A stretch of 64,000 nucleotides of DNA from Marsupella aquatica (lineage: Eukaryota > Plantae > Marchantiophyta): contig OZ316893.1 of assembly GCA_973895155.1 (NCBI GenBank), forward strand, positions 21,312,955 to 21,376,954. The letters are read 5' to 3'. Numbering within the stretch: the first letter of the stretch is position 1; each line of letters begins with the position of its first letter. The notes under the pieces are model-generated. The model had not been told where the DNA came from. It made no database searches and saw only the letters and a program-made list of their open reading frames with translations. Of the stretch, positions 9,181 through 21,650 are shown piece by piece. The position numbers were made by a program, and so were the translations under genes.

Positions 9181-12100
9181 CTTGTCTTATGGTAAGAAAA
9201 TGGAAAAACTTTGGTTTGCATGAAATTTGGGTTTGTCTAAGAGTGACGAACTGAGAAAAGAGCTGGAAATAATAAGAGTGAGAATCCTTTAAAGATTAAT
9301 GTGTATAATCCTTGTTACCAAGACATTATTATGGGCAATATAGTCCTTCCAAACTTGAGCTATAGCCTACGTTTTGGTGGGCACTATATAGGCCACAATG
9401 CCAACTTGGGCTATAGCCCTCGGTTTGGGGGAATTTGAGCTGCCCTTAAATTGCCCCTGCCCCTGAAGCAAAATCTGGTGGATCCAGGTTACTAAAGTAA
9501 ACCAAAAATGTGCTCAAAACATTACAAAAATGCTTCTTTTTGTACTCCCCGAACCTGGTGGACACTGGTGGTTTAAACTGGGTTTACTATACATATGATA
9601 CTATCTCTTTGGGAGGTCACTGAATTGTTGACCCTCAAAGACTATAGTGGACTCAACTTGATGACTCTTGAGGAACCAACTGGACACAACTTGTTTTCGA
9701 AGACTTTGGTTCCCCTGTGACTTTCCACGCAACAGGACACAATCACATATTCATGGAGGCACGTGATTATTAGAAGTATCAGATCATACTTTAGGGTTCT
9801 TTTTTTGGGTTAGATTGTGGGATGGGTATGTTTGTCGTTCTGGAAGACGGAAGACTGCGTATCTCCTTTGCAGGAAGCAGCAGGTCAATCTACTTTAATA
9901 GGCTAGTGGCAACTCAAACAACTTACTGTTTATACCGAAGGACCAGGGGGCTTTCCTCTGGTGGATTGTGTTGACAGCACTCTATATATAGTCCATACCA
10001 CTTGAGGTATAGCATAACCAAAGTCTGAGCAAGGGTTACTAGGCTATAGACCTGTGTCCAGAATGTGAGAACAAGCAAAGCAGCGGCAGCCCAGGAAGCT
10101 TTTTTAAACATCCAGGTAGAAGGGTTACAGTTTACAACCCTGCCCTGACCTTGGTCAATATCTGTAATCTTGTCAGGAAAAAGACTAACTTATTGTATAG
10201 TTTAGGGCACCAGATTGTGAGAATAACCCACCAATAACCTTTGTTCTGTACAAGGTTTATGTGTTTTGTTTCTCTTGGGGTGAGTTTCATCCTCGGGTTT
10301 AGAGAAAGGGGAAGTTTTTTTTATGAATGTGTTCTCTCCATTGTTACTTTTACCTTAAGGGTCCAAAATAAAATTAATCAAGATTGGATCTATGACCATG
10401 AACCTGAAGGAATATTCATAAAAATGCAGTCTTTATGGACCAAAACCTTTGCTCTATGCAGCCTTTAGTTTAAGACTTTCATGTTCCAGATTATCTCAAT
10501 TGTAAAATACAAAAGAATGCGATACAAACTGAAATTCGCATAGATCACAATGTTTGGATAGATTGGTATAACTTACATGGATAGATCACAAAAGAATGGA
10601 TCCAAAAGTCTTATCTATCCAAGATTGGTATCTTTATAAGTCTTTGGTCACAAAAGATCCATCCATAAGATTGCTAAAACTTATATGGATCTCCTGGAAA
10701 GATTAAATTTTATTTACATAATTTTTCTTTTCCTAAATCCTTACAACTGAAATTCTCATAGATCACAATCTTTGGATAGACTGTTAAACTTGTATGGATC
10801 ATTTTGCAGCATTAATTTGTAGTCAGATAGCACCATTTTTTGTATAAATGCTGGCTATTGTGCGTGTTAGAAAATGCTTGATACATAGGGGTCCCATGTC
10901 AAACATTGTGGTCTGTGTGAGAATCAATTGTAGTTTGCTACGTACATTCAATCTTATTCAACCTAAGAGGTCCAATTTGATTCGCACTGCCACATCTGGT
11001 TTCCACATATAATAAATAATTTTAAGAATTGGTGTTCAGAGCCAAAGTTCTAGAGTTAATATTGTCTTGTAGTGTTAGGATTTACTCTTAGGTTTAGAGT
11101 AAAGACTGTACCATAGTTAAGGCTAACGTTAGTCGTAGACTTGGTTAGGTTAGTCATGTTGTGCACACTCTATACCCAAGCGGTGTTTGTTTGAAGAGTG
11201 AGAACTCAGGCTCATTGTTACGGAGCTAGTTGAGAGATAGAGAGAGCTTGCACTATGGATGCTTGGTATGGTTGGTTGACTAAGAGTGCAGTAAAGCTCT
11301 TGTGTGTTCCCGTTGCCATAACCTCATGTGGAAGTGAACCACTTATCTCTCTATGTCGACTCTTGTGCGTTGGATGGTTCATGAGCTTGTCGTTGCGATT
11401 GTCGTCTATGCTTAACATGTAGGCAGTTGTGAGAAATAGGAAGGAGATCCAATTCAGATACCCGTTCTTAAACTTTATGAGGCAAATTACCCGGGAAAAC
11501 TTTGTTGGTTGTTGAAATTGGCAGCAAACACATGTTTTGGTTTGGTATTAGCAAAATCTTACTATATAATTGCAAATAGAAACTACTTTTAAGGGTGGGC
11601 TACAGTCTAGAGTGAAGTCTCTAGACGGTAACTTAGCCTGTAGAGGTAACTCAAATAAGTACAAAATGTATAATGATTGAATAATACAAATCTAAAAGGT
11701 GCACAAAAAATAGGTATACAAAAATAATGGAAAAGAGTATAGAATTTTATTGTTTTTCAATTTTATTTTTTCCAATTCTATTTACGTTCAAGTAAATGGG
11801 TAGTCAGACTAGTACCAAGAACAATAGAAAAACAAAACTCTTTTGTTGGGCAATTTTTTAATGACCACCAGCTAAAGTCTGGAAGCAAGAAAAAAACCCA
11901 GGCCAATGACCAAAGCTGTAACAATAATGTCTTATGGGGCCCCATCACAATACTGAACTAAAGGCCAAGAACTTTTCGCAATGGAGAATCAAGTTGCCTT
12001 TACACGGTAGAGAAAGTTGTTTTCCACTGCAGAACTTTCCGCTATAGAACTGCTCATGGCAAAATTTGGGAGTTCGGCAATAATACTTTGTTTGACTTTG

Positions 12101-12281
12101 CCCGCCTCGTTTCCCACTAAATGCTCATGGGGAATTGGGGAGTTCCGACAACAATTGTTTGACCTGTTCAAGATGCTGGAGCTTACCTCTTCTGGCTCTT
12201 CAAGATGCGGGAGCTTTGAACGGATTTCCATGGCGAGCGCTTTTGCTCCGGGATTTACATCACGGTTGTTCGGATAGTAAT

Positions 12282-13800
12282 TTGGACGGAGCTCCCACTG
12301 GTACAGGTCTTGACTGAGTCTCGCAGTGGAAGCCAAGTCCTGTGACGAAAAGTCATACGTGGTCCTGCTGTTTGACTGATTCTCGGTGCGAAGCCGAGTC
12401 ACAAGTGTCACTGCTGTTTGACTGATTCTCGCTATGGAAGCGATTCATAAGCACACAGGATTCCAGAGTAAGGCAGAAGTCGCTCTCTCTGCACACATCT
12501 CTCTCAATTTGATCTCTACTACCACCGACCTTGCAAGAATTTGTGCTCCCTGTTCTTCCTGTGACATTTCACGGAAACACAAATATCGGTCGTGGGTCGG
12601 AGGATAGCTTGTCTTGACCTTCAGCTCAGCTGCGTCCAAGAGATTATTTGTGGGCTACAGCCACTCTGTTCTGTCTAGAAGAGGTGCGAAGGCTGTGGTG
12701 AAGCTGAAAGATCCAATTGAAGACCAACTTAAGAGCTATGGCATCAAACAAGGTAGGAAATTGTGCATATTCTACTCGCCTCTTCATTTGATTGGGAAAA
12801 GCATTCCAATTGTATTTCTGGATCCTTGTTTTGGAGACACCTCCCTTGTAGAATTTGTTGTTTTGGTGGGCCGACCCTTGTAGAATATTAGAGTCTCTAA
12901 CATTCTCGAGTTTTGCAGTCCGCGATTACAAAGGAGCCGGTGACCGGCATTGAGTTCCCTGGCAGTTTCACAGCCCCAGGATCCAGCAAGGCGCTCTCGT
13001 TCGCTGGAGCTGGTGTGCGAGAGAAGAAGATTGCATTCATCAAAGTCAAGATCTATGCTGTGGGGTTCTACATAGATGCATCCTCTTTGGCAGATTCTTC
13101 TTTAAGCTCTTGGAAGGGTAAACCTGCGAGCAAGCTTTCCAAGGATGAGGCCTTCTTCAATGCCTTGATAGAGGTTCCAGTGGAGAAGGCTCTAAAGATG
13201 GTCCTTGCCAGAGACGTTGAGGGCGCTCAGTTCTGGGGAGCAATGAGTGAAGCTCTCACTCCCAGGCTGAAGACAGCAGGAGCCGCTGGACAACAAGCTT
13301 TAGCAGCTTTGGGCGGTGCTTTCAAAGGCGTTACACTCAAGCAAGGGGCCACTGTCCTTCTCACTTCACCAAAACCTGCAACTCTGCAAGTTGCCATATA
13401 TTCCTCGGCTGCACCTCCTGCGCCTAGTGCAACTATCGAGTCTGCAGCTCTGGTCACCGGCATCTTTGAGAACTTCCTCGGAAAGGACACCGTCTCTCCG
13501 ACTGCAACAGCTGCTATTGCTAACAATTTTCCGTCTCTTCTGTGAATAGATTAACGATCATCATCATCACATAACTACAGGCTTGTTGTGTGTAAAACTG
13601 TAAGATAGAAATTCTTATGTTTCGAGAGTGCAGAAATTTGGTTGATCGAATGAGTGGGCGCCACCGATTCACCCCTCTACTCACTGGTCTCGTGCACATT
13701 TACTACGTAGATTAAGTTGATTTACTTCCAGTGTCGATTAGTAAGGCGTTTCTTTCTAGAACAGAGCATTCCAATAGTTGGTCGGGATATCATTTGAACC
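12282..13800. repeat. Tandem segmental duplication unit, partner ~15597-17130 (promoter + FAP3 gene + 3' flank)
   Basis: Shared blocks TTGGACGGAGCTCCCACTG (12282/15597), ACCTTCAGCTCAGCTGC, TTCTGGATCCTTGTTT, the CDS, and CTGTGAATAGATTAA after the stop. Boundaries approximate. Confidence 0.88.
12738..13545 (+). CDS. FAP3: Chalcone-isomerase-fold fatty-acid-binding protein (FAP3-like), short copy without targeting peptide, ~213 aa
   Basis: Exon 1 12738-12752 (MASNK), intron 12753-12918 (GTAGGA...TTTTGCAG), exon 2 12919-13545. Motifs EPVTGIEFP, GAGVREKKIAFIKVKIYAVGFY, LARDVEGAQFWGA, FLGKDTVSP. Confidence 0.82.
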
Positions 13801-13981
13801 AGGAGGCACTTCCCTCTTTCAAACGGGACCTGAAGAGAAGTACATGACATGAAACCAAAGAAATCTGAAGCTTTATCTATTGTAATGATGCACCTGCAAA
13901 CGAATACTATTATAGTTTGAGTTTCGTGAAATCTGTGTTTCTTTTTTTCCTTTCAAACATTTCTCGAAGGACAGTATTAGG

Positions 13982-14128
13982 TCATGAAAGGATCCCAAAA
14001 AGCAAAGGAGCATCAAATCAAAGCCTTTCATGAAAATCAGCCTCTAAAGCGAACAATCATGAAAGGATCCCCGAAAGCAAAGGAGCACCAAATCATTGCC
14101 TTTCATGAAAATACACCTCACAAGCGAA
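13982..14128. repeat. Tandem duplication, ~75-bp unit x2
   Basis: TCATGAAAGGATCCC(A/C)(A/G)AAGCAAAGGAGCA(T/C)CAAATCA..GCCTTTCATGAAAAT occurs twice. Confidence 0.85.
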
Positions 14129-14364
14129 GAGTTCACCGAGTTAGAGCCTCTCACAAACTCTGGCAATGCAATGATAAAGCGATCCCCAAATCCCTCGGAC
14201 GGGCAGTTAGTGAAACAACGCTGGCGAATAATTGCCTACCAACCAATGGAATCTGATTCAATAGATTCAGTGTTCCTTGTTAGCTACTTTTGTTGGCAAA
14301 ATTGATAGAAGGACCGTTTGCAAATGAATGATTGATTATTTGAAATACTTCTTCAGAAACTCGA

Positions 14365-14522
14365 GCAGTCTCCTCTCAGTAGCGAAATGTCCCCTTTAGC
14401 CAATTTCGGTAGAACGCTTACAAATAGAGATATGGAAATTTGAAGCAGTCTACTCTCTAGTAGCAAAATTTCCCCTTTAGCCAATTTCCGTAGAACGCTT
14501 ACAAATAGAGATGGAAATTTGA
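14365..14522. repeat. Tandem duplication, ~80-bp unit x2
   Basis: AGCAGTCT...TCCCCTTTAGCCAATTTC(G/C)GTAGAACGCTTACAAATAGAGAT..GGAAATTTGAA occurs twice. Confidence 0.88.
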
Positions 14523-15995
14523 ACAGGCTATGCAGTAGAGTGTCCCTTCAACCAATATCCATACAACTGTGACAAGTGGAGAAACTAAAATTTGAGAGAG
14601 CCTAGGCACGACCACAAAAGTATGAAGATGATGTTTATCATCTTCAAAACAAAAGCCTAGGCACAACCACGGAAGTTTGAGGATAATATTCATCATCCTC
14701 ATAGTAAAAGTATGAGGACGATGTGAGCCCTTCTCAGGCCAATCGGTAAGCACCAATCGGAAAGCAAACTTTAGTGAACCCCAAATCACAGAATATGTAT
14801 TAAAATGCACGATGAAGATACCACCACCTGGCAAAATGGACAGGACAAAGTTCTTCAGCAAGATGAAGTAGCAAGCCAGCTTTCACACAGAAGAAGTAGA
14901 ACATTTTCAGATCAATCCATTTAAAGTTAGTATGCTTCCAGTGGCCTTGTGCCTTCCTGCCTGCCCCCTCCCCTCATTTCACCCCACAAAAAGAAGTTGG
15001 TATGCTACCAACTACAAATGCCTTCCTAAATTATGGATCAGGTGACGAGGCTTGAGGGTGGCTGAAGCAGGGCCAGTAAACATTTGTAAACCAGTACCAG
15101 ATTTTGCATTATTATGGACTTCTGCATGTGTTGAAATTAAGGCTTGGATGGACCAAGCCCATGAACCTTGAACCAGGATGGACCAGATCACTTTTGACAA
15201 CAAAAAAATGTACATTTTTTACATAGGAGGTGGATGAGGTTTGTCAAACGCTCAGGTCCACGGGGCCTTGCAGTATGACATGTGTTTGTGAAAAATGCTA
15301 TGAAAATGATTCATCACGATGCTAAATGACTCTTTAAAAATTGCATAGCACTAGCACTAGCACGGCCTGGTTCACCTGGCTTATGGCCCAGAATGTATCG
15401 TTGAGATACAATTGGTAACGAAAAGAGAGACATTTGAGCAATTCAGGAACTAGTTCATTTACCATGCGCTGGACGAAGCAATGAGTGGTTTCGACGTACA
15501 ATAATCGCGATCGATTGCAATTGGGAGAAGCTCCCACGGAATTCCACGCCGAGGAGTTTCGCTGTGGGATTCCCATTAAGATCGTTGGGTTACTCGTTGG
15601 ACGGAGCTCCCACTGTTAATGCAGAGCAGGACAGAAGAACTCTCCACATGTGTGTGTCCTTTTTATCTCTACACTGCCGACATTGGGTTCTCCGATTCTG
15701 TTTCCTCGACATTAGCTCGCCGGCTTCAACTTCTGCGAAGCGTCAGAGCGTCTGTCCCTCAATCTCGCCCTCCGTCTGGTAATAATTGCTCTCCTTCTTC
15801 ATAGAAAGACAATACATTGGTGGTGGGTCGAAGCTACCTTATTGGAACCTTCAGCTCAGCTGCTCTCAAGAATTTCTTTGTGGGCTACAAACCCTCTGCG
15901 CTGTGTCGGTATTGGAGGACAGAGGAGGTGGGAAGCAAGGCTGACGAAGGCTCTAGTGGAGCTGAAAGATCGGAGTGAAGACCAACGTGAGAGCT

Positions 15996-16916
15996 ATGGC
16001 AGCTGCTGCCTCGTCGGTAATTATATTGGCCGCAGCTGCTGCTGGCGTGGGATGGCAGAGGATGTCGGCAGCTGACAAGGTAGGGAACTATGCATGCTCT
16101 TTTCGCCCCTCCATTCCTTTGGGAGGAGCATTCCCATCGCACCTGATCAGCAGAAAATTGGCTTGCACTTCTGGATCCTTGTTTGGAGACACCGCCCTTG
16201 TGAAGTATCAGAGTAACGTTTTTCGAGTTTTGCAGGCTCCATCCTCATCCACTGGGCACAGCTCAGCAGCAAGGGCTGGAGTGGGAACGGTCACAAAGGA
16301 ACCAGTGACCGGCATTGAGTTCTCTAACACTCTGACAGCCCCAGGATCCAGCACAGAGCTCTCCTTGGTTGGAGCTGGTGTGCGAGAGAAGAAGATTGCT
16401 TTTATCAAAGTCAAGGTTTATGCCATTGGGTTCTACATAGATGCATCCTCTTTGGCAGATTCTTCTTTAAGCTCTTGGAAGAGTAAATCTGGGACAGAGC
16501 TTTCCAAGGATGAGGCCTTCTTCACGGCATTGATAGAGGTTCCAGTGGAGAAGACTCTAAAGATGGTCCTTGCAAGAGACATTGAGGGGTCCCAGTTCTG
16601 GGGAGCTCTCGATGAGGCTCTCACTCCCAGGCTGACGACAGCAGGAGTTCCTGGACAACAAGCTTTAACATCTTTGGGTAATGTGTTCAAAGGCGTTGCT
16701 TTCAAGCAAGGGACGACTATCCTCCTCACTTGGTCTCAACCTGCAACTCTACAAGTAGCCATATCTTCCTCCAACTTAGCTGCCACCGCTGCTCCTAGTG
16801 CCACTATCGAGTCTGCAGCTCTGCTCTCCGGCCTCTTCGATGTCTACCTCGGCAAGGGCACCGTCTCTCCGTCTACAAAAGCTGCTATTGCCAACAATTT
16901 TCCTTCTCTGCTGTGA
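15996..16916 (+). CDS. FAP3: Chalcone-isomerase-fold fatty-acid-binding protein (FAP3-like), long copy; 306 aa unspliced or 254 aa if 16080-16235 is spliced
   Basis: First ATG at 15996. Motifs EPVTGIEFS, GAGVREKKIAFIKVKVYAIGFY (Tyr where catalytic CHI has Thr), LARDIEGSQFWGALDEAL, FDVYLGKGTVSP. Confidence 0.92.
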   Translation: MAAAASSVIILAAAAAGVGWQRMSAADKVGNYACSFRPSIPLGGAFPSHLISRKLACTSGSLFGDTALVKYQSNVFRVLQAPSSSTGHSSAARAGVGTVTKEPVTGIEFSNTLTAPGSSTELSLVGAGVREKKIAFIKVKVYAIGFYIDASSLADSSLSSWKSKSGTELSKDEAFFTALIEVPVEKTLKMVLARDIEGSQFWGALDEALTPRLTTAGVPGQQALTSLGNVFKGVAFKQGTTILLTWSQPATLQVAISSSNLAATAAPSATIESAALLSGLFDVYLGKGTVSPSTKAAIANNFPSLL

Positions 16917-18266
16917 ATAGATTAATGATGATCATCAGTACATAGTCACAGGCTTGTTGTACGTACTACAAAGCAGTTCAGAATTTTCCCATTCAAAGTA
17001 AAACTGCAAGATGCAATTCTTACGTTGAAAGAAAGATTACTTTAGATTGTCGATTGATTCGGCGTTTTGTTCTCTAAATACCACTCCAAAGTGTTGGTCG
17101 TGCCATCGTTTCAATCAAGAGGTATTTTCCTTCCAGGAAATGGTTCTCAGTAGTCTAGGAAAGATCAATTTTTCGCTTTTCTTGAGTTAGGGCGGAGCAA
17201 GCAAATTTGACAATTGCAATTTTGGTCCCATCTCTCGCTGTTTTTCGTATGTTTGGCCTTTGAGTGGCTTGTATTCGAGTGTATGTGAGCGGTCTTTTGG
17301 CCAGATCCAGACTTTTGGTTGACAGTTGAGGATGTGGGGTGGGTGAATTACAGCCATGTTCTGCCATCTTGTCGATGAGTGTCTGGTCCTTGATGAATGG
17401 TATTCAAGGTTCCAAGGTTTATGTTAAGGTTTAGGTTCCCCAGACGACAGTGATGGCTTGGGCTCTCCGGAATGCAATCTAGCGTGAAGAGCAATTACTA
17501 TCCGATACCTATTTGGAATGCCTGATATATATCAAACTGAAAGAATGCCTGATATATAATAAATTAGGATACGTGGGGGCGTCAAAGGACTTAATTAGTT
17601 CCATTTTGGGTTCCAGTTCCGTGACTCCTTCATTGCAGTCCAGTTCTTCAATCCCAATGCGACAAAAGTGGATGGCATTGTTGGAATATAATACTACCAT
17701 AGTGAAGACCCCGACATTTGAGTTTTATTAATTGGCCAAGTAAGCTTACTGCGATTTCTATTCCTACGTCTCCTATTTGTATGTCAGACTAATTCGAGTT
17801 TTAATTCGAATATCAGGGCAGGAACATTACCATAACAACACCTTTTTTAGGCAAAAATTGTACTGTACCACAATCCATTAACCTCTACGTTTTACTTTCT
17901 GAGGCCGAAGCCACCTGACAGTGGTGTGCTTGTGATGTCCACGTGTTCTATCAATCTCATGTTTCTGAATGAAATAAATAAATATCTAAATCTACTCTGA
18001 ATCACTCTCTACTCATCAGTCCCATCAACGACGGACAAACCGTAGACTCCAAAAAAGGTCCTTGAGTAGATTTGTCTGCCGATCTTAAGGGTCGTCACTA
18101 CCACAGTGAAATTGAGTGGCAACTGGTCTATATCCAAAAGAAAATTGCTACTGATCAATCTCCCAGGATAGTTAGTGATGTAAACCGGCCCATCTCCTTC
18201 CCTGTATTTGGACAGGTTGAGATGACCTCACTTGTAGAATAGTATCTTCATGCACCCTCCATCTTG

Positions 18267-21200
18267 CTAAGCAGTTACAGCAGCAGAGCCAGCTGCTGGC
18301 CGTGACCCATTTAAATTTGTTTGAGACTCCGAAGAAAACTCAGATCGTAGCCTCATGAGGAGAAGGCCAAGATTGTTCTTTCCGGTTCCTGTCCTTCCAG
18401 CTCCCCAAAACAGATCATGTGTAGAGGCCTCCACTAGAACGGATCCTGCAGTACCAAGCAGCATCTTTTGTAGAGATGGGTAGGAGCTGAACTTCACCCG
18501 AAGAGCTCTGTACATAGCATCGACCTTCGCTGTATCCCAATCCTGACGTACCTGAGAAAGACATAACTTCAGCCTGTTAGCAGAACCAAGGCTGGACCTT
18601 TGCTTTCTCATGGAATCCCCTCACTGCCTGGTTGAACAAGAGGCAGGGTAATATAATTTCTGGGAGCCAGAGTTCTAGTAATATTAATAATAGTAGAAAT
18701 AATTTTAAAATATGCCTACCAAATCTGGTCGTTCCCTCATAAGACTTCGTCCAAACCGTGCTGCTTCTTCGGGGCTGGGTGCTCTTTGAATCTTAGTGAT
18801 AATTTCCTCTGCTACAGTATCTTGAACGCCGGCAAATTTTTGTGCCTGGATCATATCAAATTTATGGTCAGCTGGCACATATTTACAACCACAGTCTTCC
18901 TAATTATTTCCTGGGTCACTAGGAGATCCAGCTTTTGTGTTTCCGCTTATTGTTTGCTCTGCCGGCCAAGAAGAGTTCGAAAATCTCCACCTGGATCCGG
19001 AATTACCGAAAGAACAAACTTTACCTGGTAATAATGCTCAACACTTCCCCACATCTTATTGTTCCCATTTGAGTCGGGCAACGAAATTGGATGTGGAGAG
19101 AAGTTGGACAGTGCTCCATATGGTTCCCAAGTCTTGTAGAAGGAAATAACGGCTGGGGGTCTTGCGTTTGTCGAGAGAATGCCGTTGTTCATTGCCATTG
19201 CTGCTTCCACAGCTGCTGGAGTGGGGGGCCACAGGCCAGGAACTTGTTGTAGATGTCCCGTTATTAACATGTCTCTGCCAATCTGCAAACATCGTTGTCA
19301 GTACATCATTTCGCCCGGCCAATTTCCTCCGGACATTGCCTTGCAGTTTCGTTTTGCAGAAAAAACTCTAAACTGACGAGGACTTGATAGACTGAAAACG
19401 CCGTCACAAACCACATAAAATGTAGTTCCATCAGCAATGCAAGTTTGTTCAGGACTTGACCACAATTTCTACTGTTTGCTCGGTACAAAATGCCATACCT
19501 TCTCGAATTCCACGTCCGAAAGATTCAGAGCCTGAGTCATCTCCACCATACCCAGATCACCGACTGGTGATGGAGCTAACACTCCTCCAATGATCTTAGG
19601 AGCAACGAATGCAAGAACCTGGTATGATTGTAGAGGGAACTGATATCGTCAGGAGTCCAATACAAACAATTGAGCATACAACTACCGTAGTTGACCGTCC
19701 ACAATCATGCAGCTACAGTCCTTGAACTGGAGAGACGTTAACAAGGAACATCGCCGGCCCCCCTCCCCCTTATAAAAAGGCACCTTATGGAACTCGGAGA
19801 GAAAGGTATTGTTCAATCGTGAGTGCATGAGAAAGAACCTCTAAATATAGGGAGACACAACTAAGAACAAGCCATTTGGAATCCCAATCTATTGCTCATC
19901 CATCCGTTCAGCTCAGCTATTTTCGCATGATTGAGGAACAGCCTACCTTGTGGATAACACCAGAAGCAATGGCTGGTGCAGACAATGTCCCTCCACATTC
20001 CCACAGAACTGACAAAAATCCACGGTCATAGCAATAATCCATTACGCCTTTCGGAGTCAAAAAGTCAAACTCGACAATTTCTACTCCTCGGACAGCCAAT
20101 CGTTTTTGGAAGTCGGAACGAGCCCCCCTTTGAGTCATGACTATTGTTGGTGCATTTGCCACATCCCACAGATGTAATTCTTCTGGTAGATTCAATGTCC
20201 TCGACATGACTATGCGGACTGGAAGATGCCCTCCTTCTTGCCTTGTTGTTAGGCGTGGATCTGAAAAAACCCAAAACCATAAATTACTACAAAACATACT
20301 GACCACGTACCAGTAGGACTACCAGTTGATATTCTAAAACATAAACGAGACACAGGCACGGATAATTGCTTACTATCACGGCGTACTGTATTTCCTCCGA
20401 CAATGATGGCATCACTTCGTCCCCTTGTAGCAAAAACACGTTGACGTGATTCCTTGCTTGAGACCCATGAAGCATGTCCCGTGCTTGCTGCAATTTTCCC
20501 TACAATGCCATCCAGGAGCAAGGGTTTGCTTAGCTCCGTAGTATACTTGCAGACCCTCAAAATTCAGCCACAGCTTGGTAGAGGATTGATCAATGCATTT
20601 TTATTGAACGTTAAAACTCGAGTCAGCGGCCATTCTTGTTTGCGAAGGGGACCACTGTGAAAAGTTAAATCTCACCATCTATTGTCATAGCATATTTCAA
20701 AACCGAGTAAGGCAGACGTTGCGCAGCCCTGCATAAGAGCGGTGCATTCACCATCCGGCAAGAATGCAAAGCCTCCTGAAAAAGTACAGAAATGAGAGAC
20801 TTAAGTCCATTTTGGTCTAGAGGTCATGCACAAATCAACTTCGCCAAGAGATCGAATTGCAGGGCCCACAATTTGACCAGTTTGCAAGAGACCAAGCAGA
20901 CTGTTTACCTCAAGCCGTTCCTCCTCTTTCACGTCTTCACCAAGAACATCAACCGGAATACCATCATTCCTCAAAGCGCTAATTGCCTTCCCCCTCAGAT
21001 GGAGTAGTGGATGACGAAGCCCCACCACTACCCTCGAGACCCTAGCCTGCCAAAAACGTGTAGTTCATTGTCACCTTCCCGGCTGCCAAAATGCCACATT
21101 GCTCCAATCGAATTTCCACAACAAGGATTAACTTGGCGTCCTCCACATAACCACACCCGACACACACCAAGCCAATCCAACAGATTGCTACAAGTCCAAT

Positions 21201-21650
21201 TGTTGTGAAGGTGACAAGATGGTGTCCAGAAAACCAAACCCAACGCAATAGATTGCTACAGTCCAATTGTCTGAAATAGAGAAAGGTGGACTCCAGAAAA
21301 CCAAATCCAACCAAACCAAACCAAACCAAACACACCTGTTTCAGTGCGATTACCGCACTGTCATCACCATGGCAGTCGCCCGGTTCCAAGTTCAGATAGG
21401 CAACACCGCCATAGGCATCATCCCGAGCTCTCTCCACAGCCTGCACTTCGGCACTCTTTGTGCCCTGCGCATACAGAAATCCCTCGCCCACAACGCGCGA
21501 TCCATGGGCAATCACACAGCCAGCATTGGGGTGAGGGGCTGTGAGCCCCGCGGATGAATCTGCAAGCTCCACCGCTCTGAACAGATGTTGAGCTGGCACC
21601 TGCGCCGATGAAGCACGCAGCGACAGCGTCTGGTGCATCACGGTAAGCAT
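18267..21650 (-). CDS. PYRR: Riboflavin biosynthesis protein PyrR (inactive deaminase-like domain + pyrimidine reductase + COG3236/NADAR N-glycosidase), ~593 aa
   Basis: Nine phase-consistent GT-AG exons: 21650-21336, 21046-20909, 20775-20676, 20499-20374, 20260-19947, 19618-19499, 19282-19025, 18845-18720, 18551-18267. Motifs SAGLTAPHPNAGCVIA, LNLEPGDCHGD, KYAMTIDGKIAASTGHASW, IIVGGNTVRRDNPRL, LWECGGTL, FYKTWEPYGALSNFSPHPI, VEHYYQAQKF, DLFWGAGR. The start codon is less certain; an upstream exon is possible. Confidence 0.95.

Noticed and set aside
9332-9457. MITE-like segment GGGCAAT...ATTGCCC with internal repeats
   Set aside because: The inverted match is only ~7 bp and there is no target-site duplication.
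11989-12411. 140-aa minus-strand ORF
   Set aside because: No recognisable motif; it overlaps the duplicated FAP3 promoter block and is not conserved in the paralogous block.
12913-12918. ORF-track start (TTG) of the short FAP3 copy
   Set aside because: It is the TTTTGCAG splice acceptor; the likely ATG is at 12738.
12738-16916. Bona fide chalcone isomerases or a flavonoid gene cluster
   Set aside because: Both have the FAP-type KV/IYA (Tyr) rather than the catalytic KFTA (Thr) motif, and there are no other flavonoid genes in the window.
21336-21650. Active RibD deaminase (PyrD)
   Set aside because: The zinc-binding HAE and PCxxC motifs are replaced by SAE and PGDCHG, the known inactive domain of PyrR.
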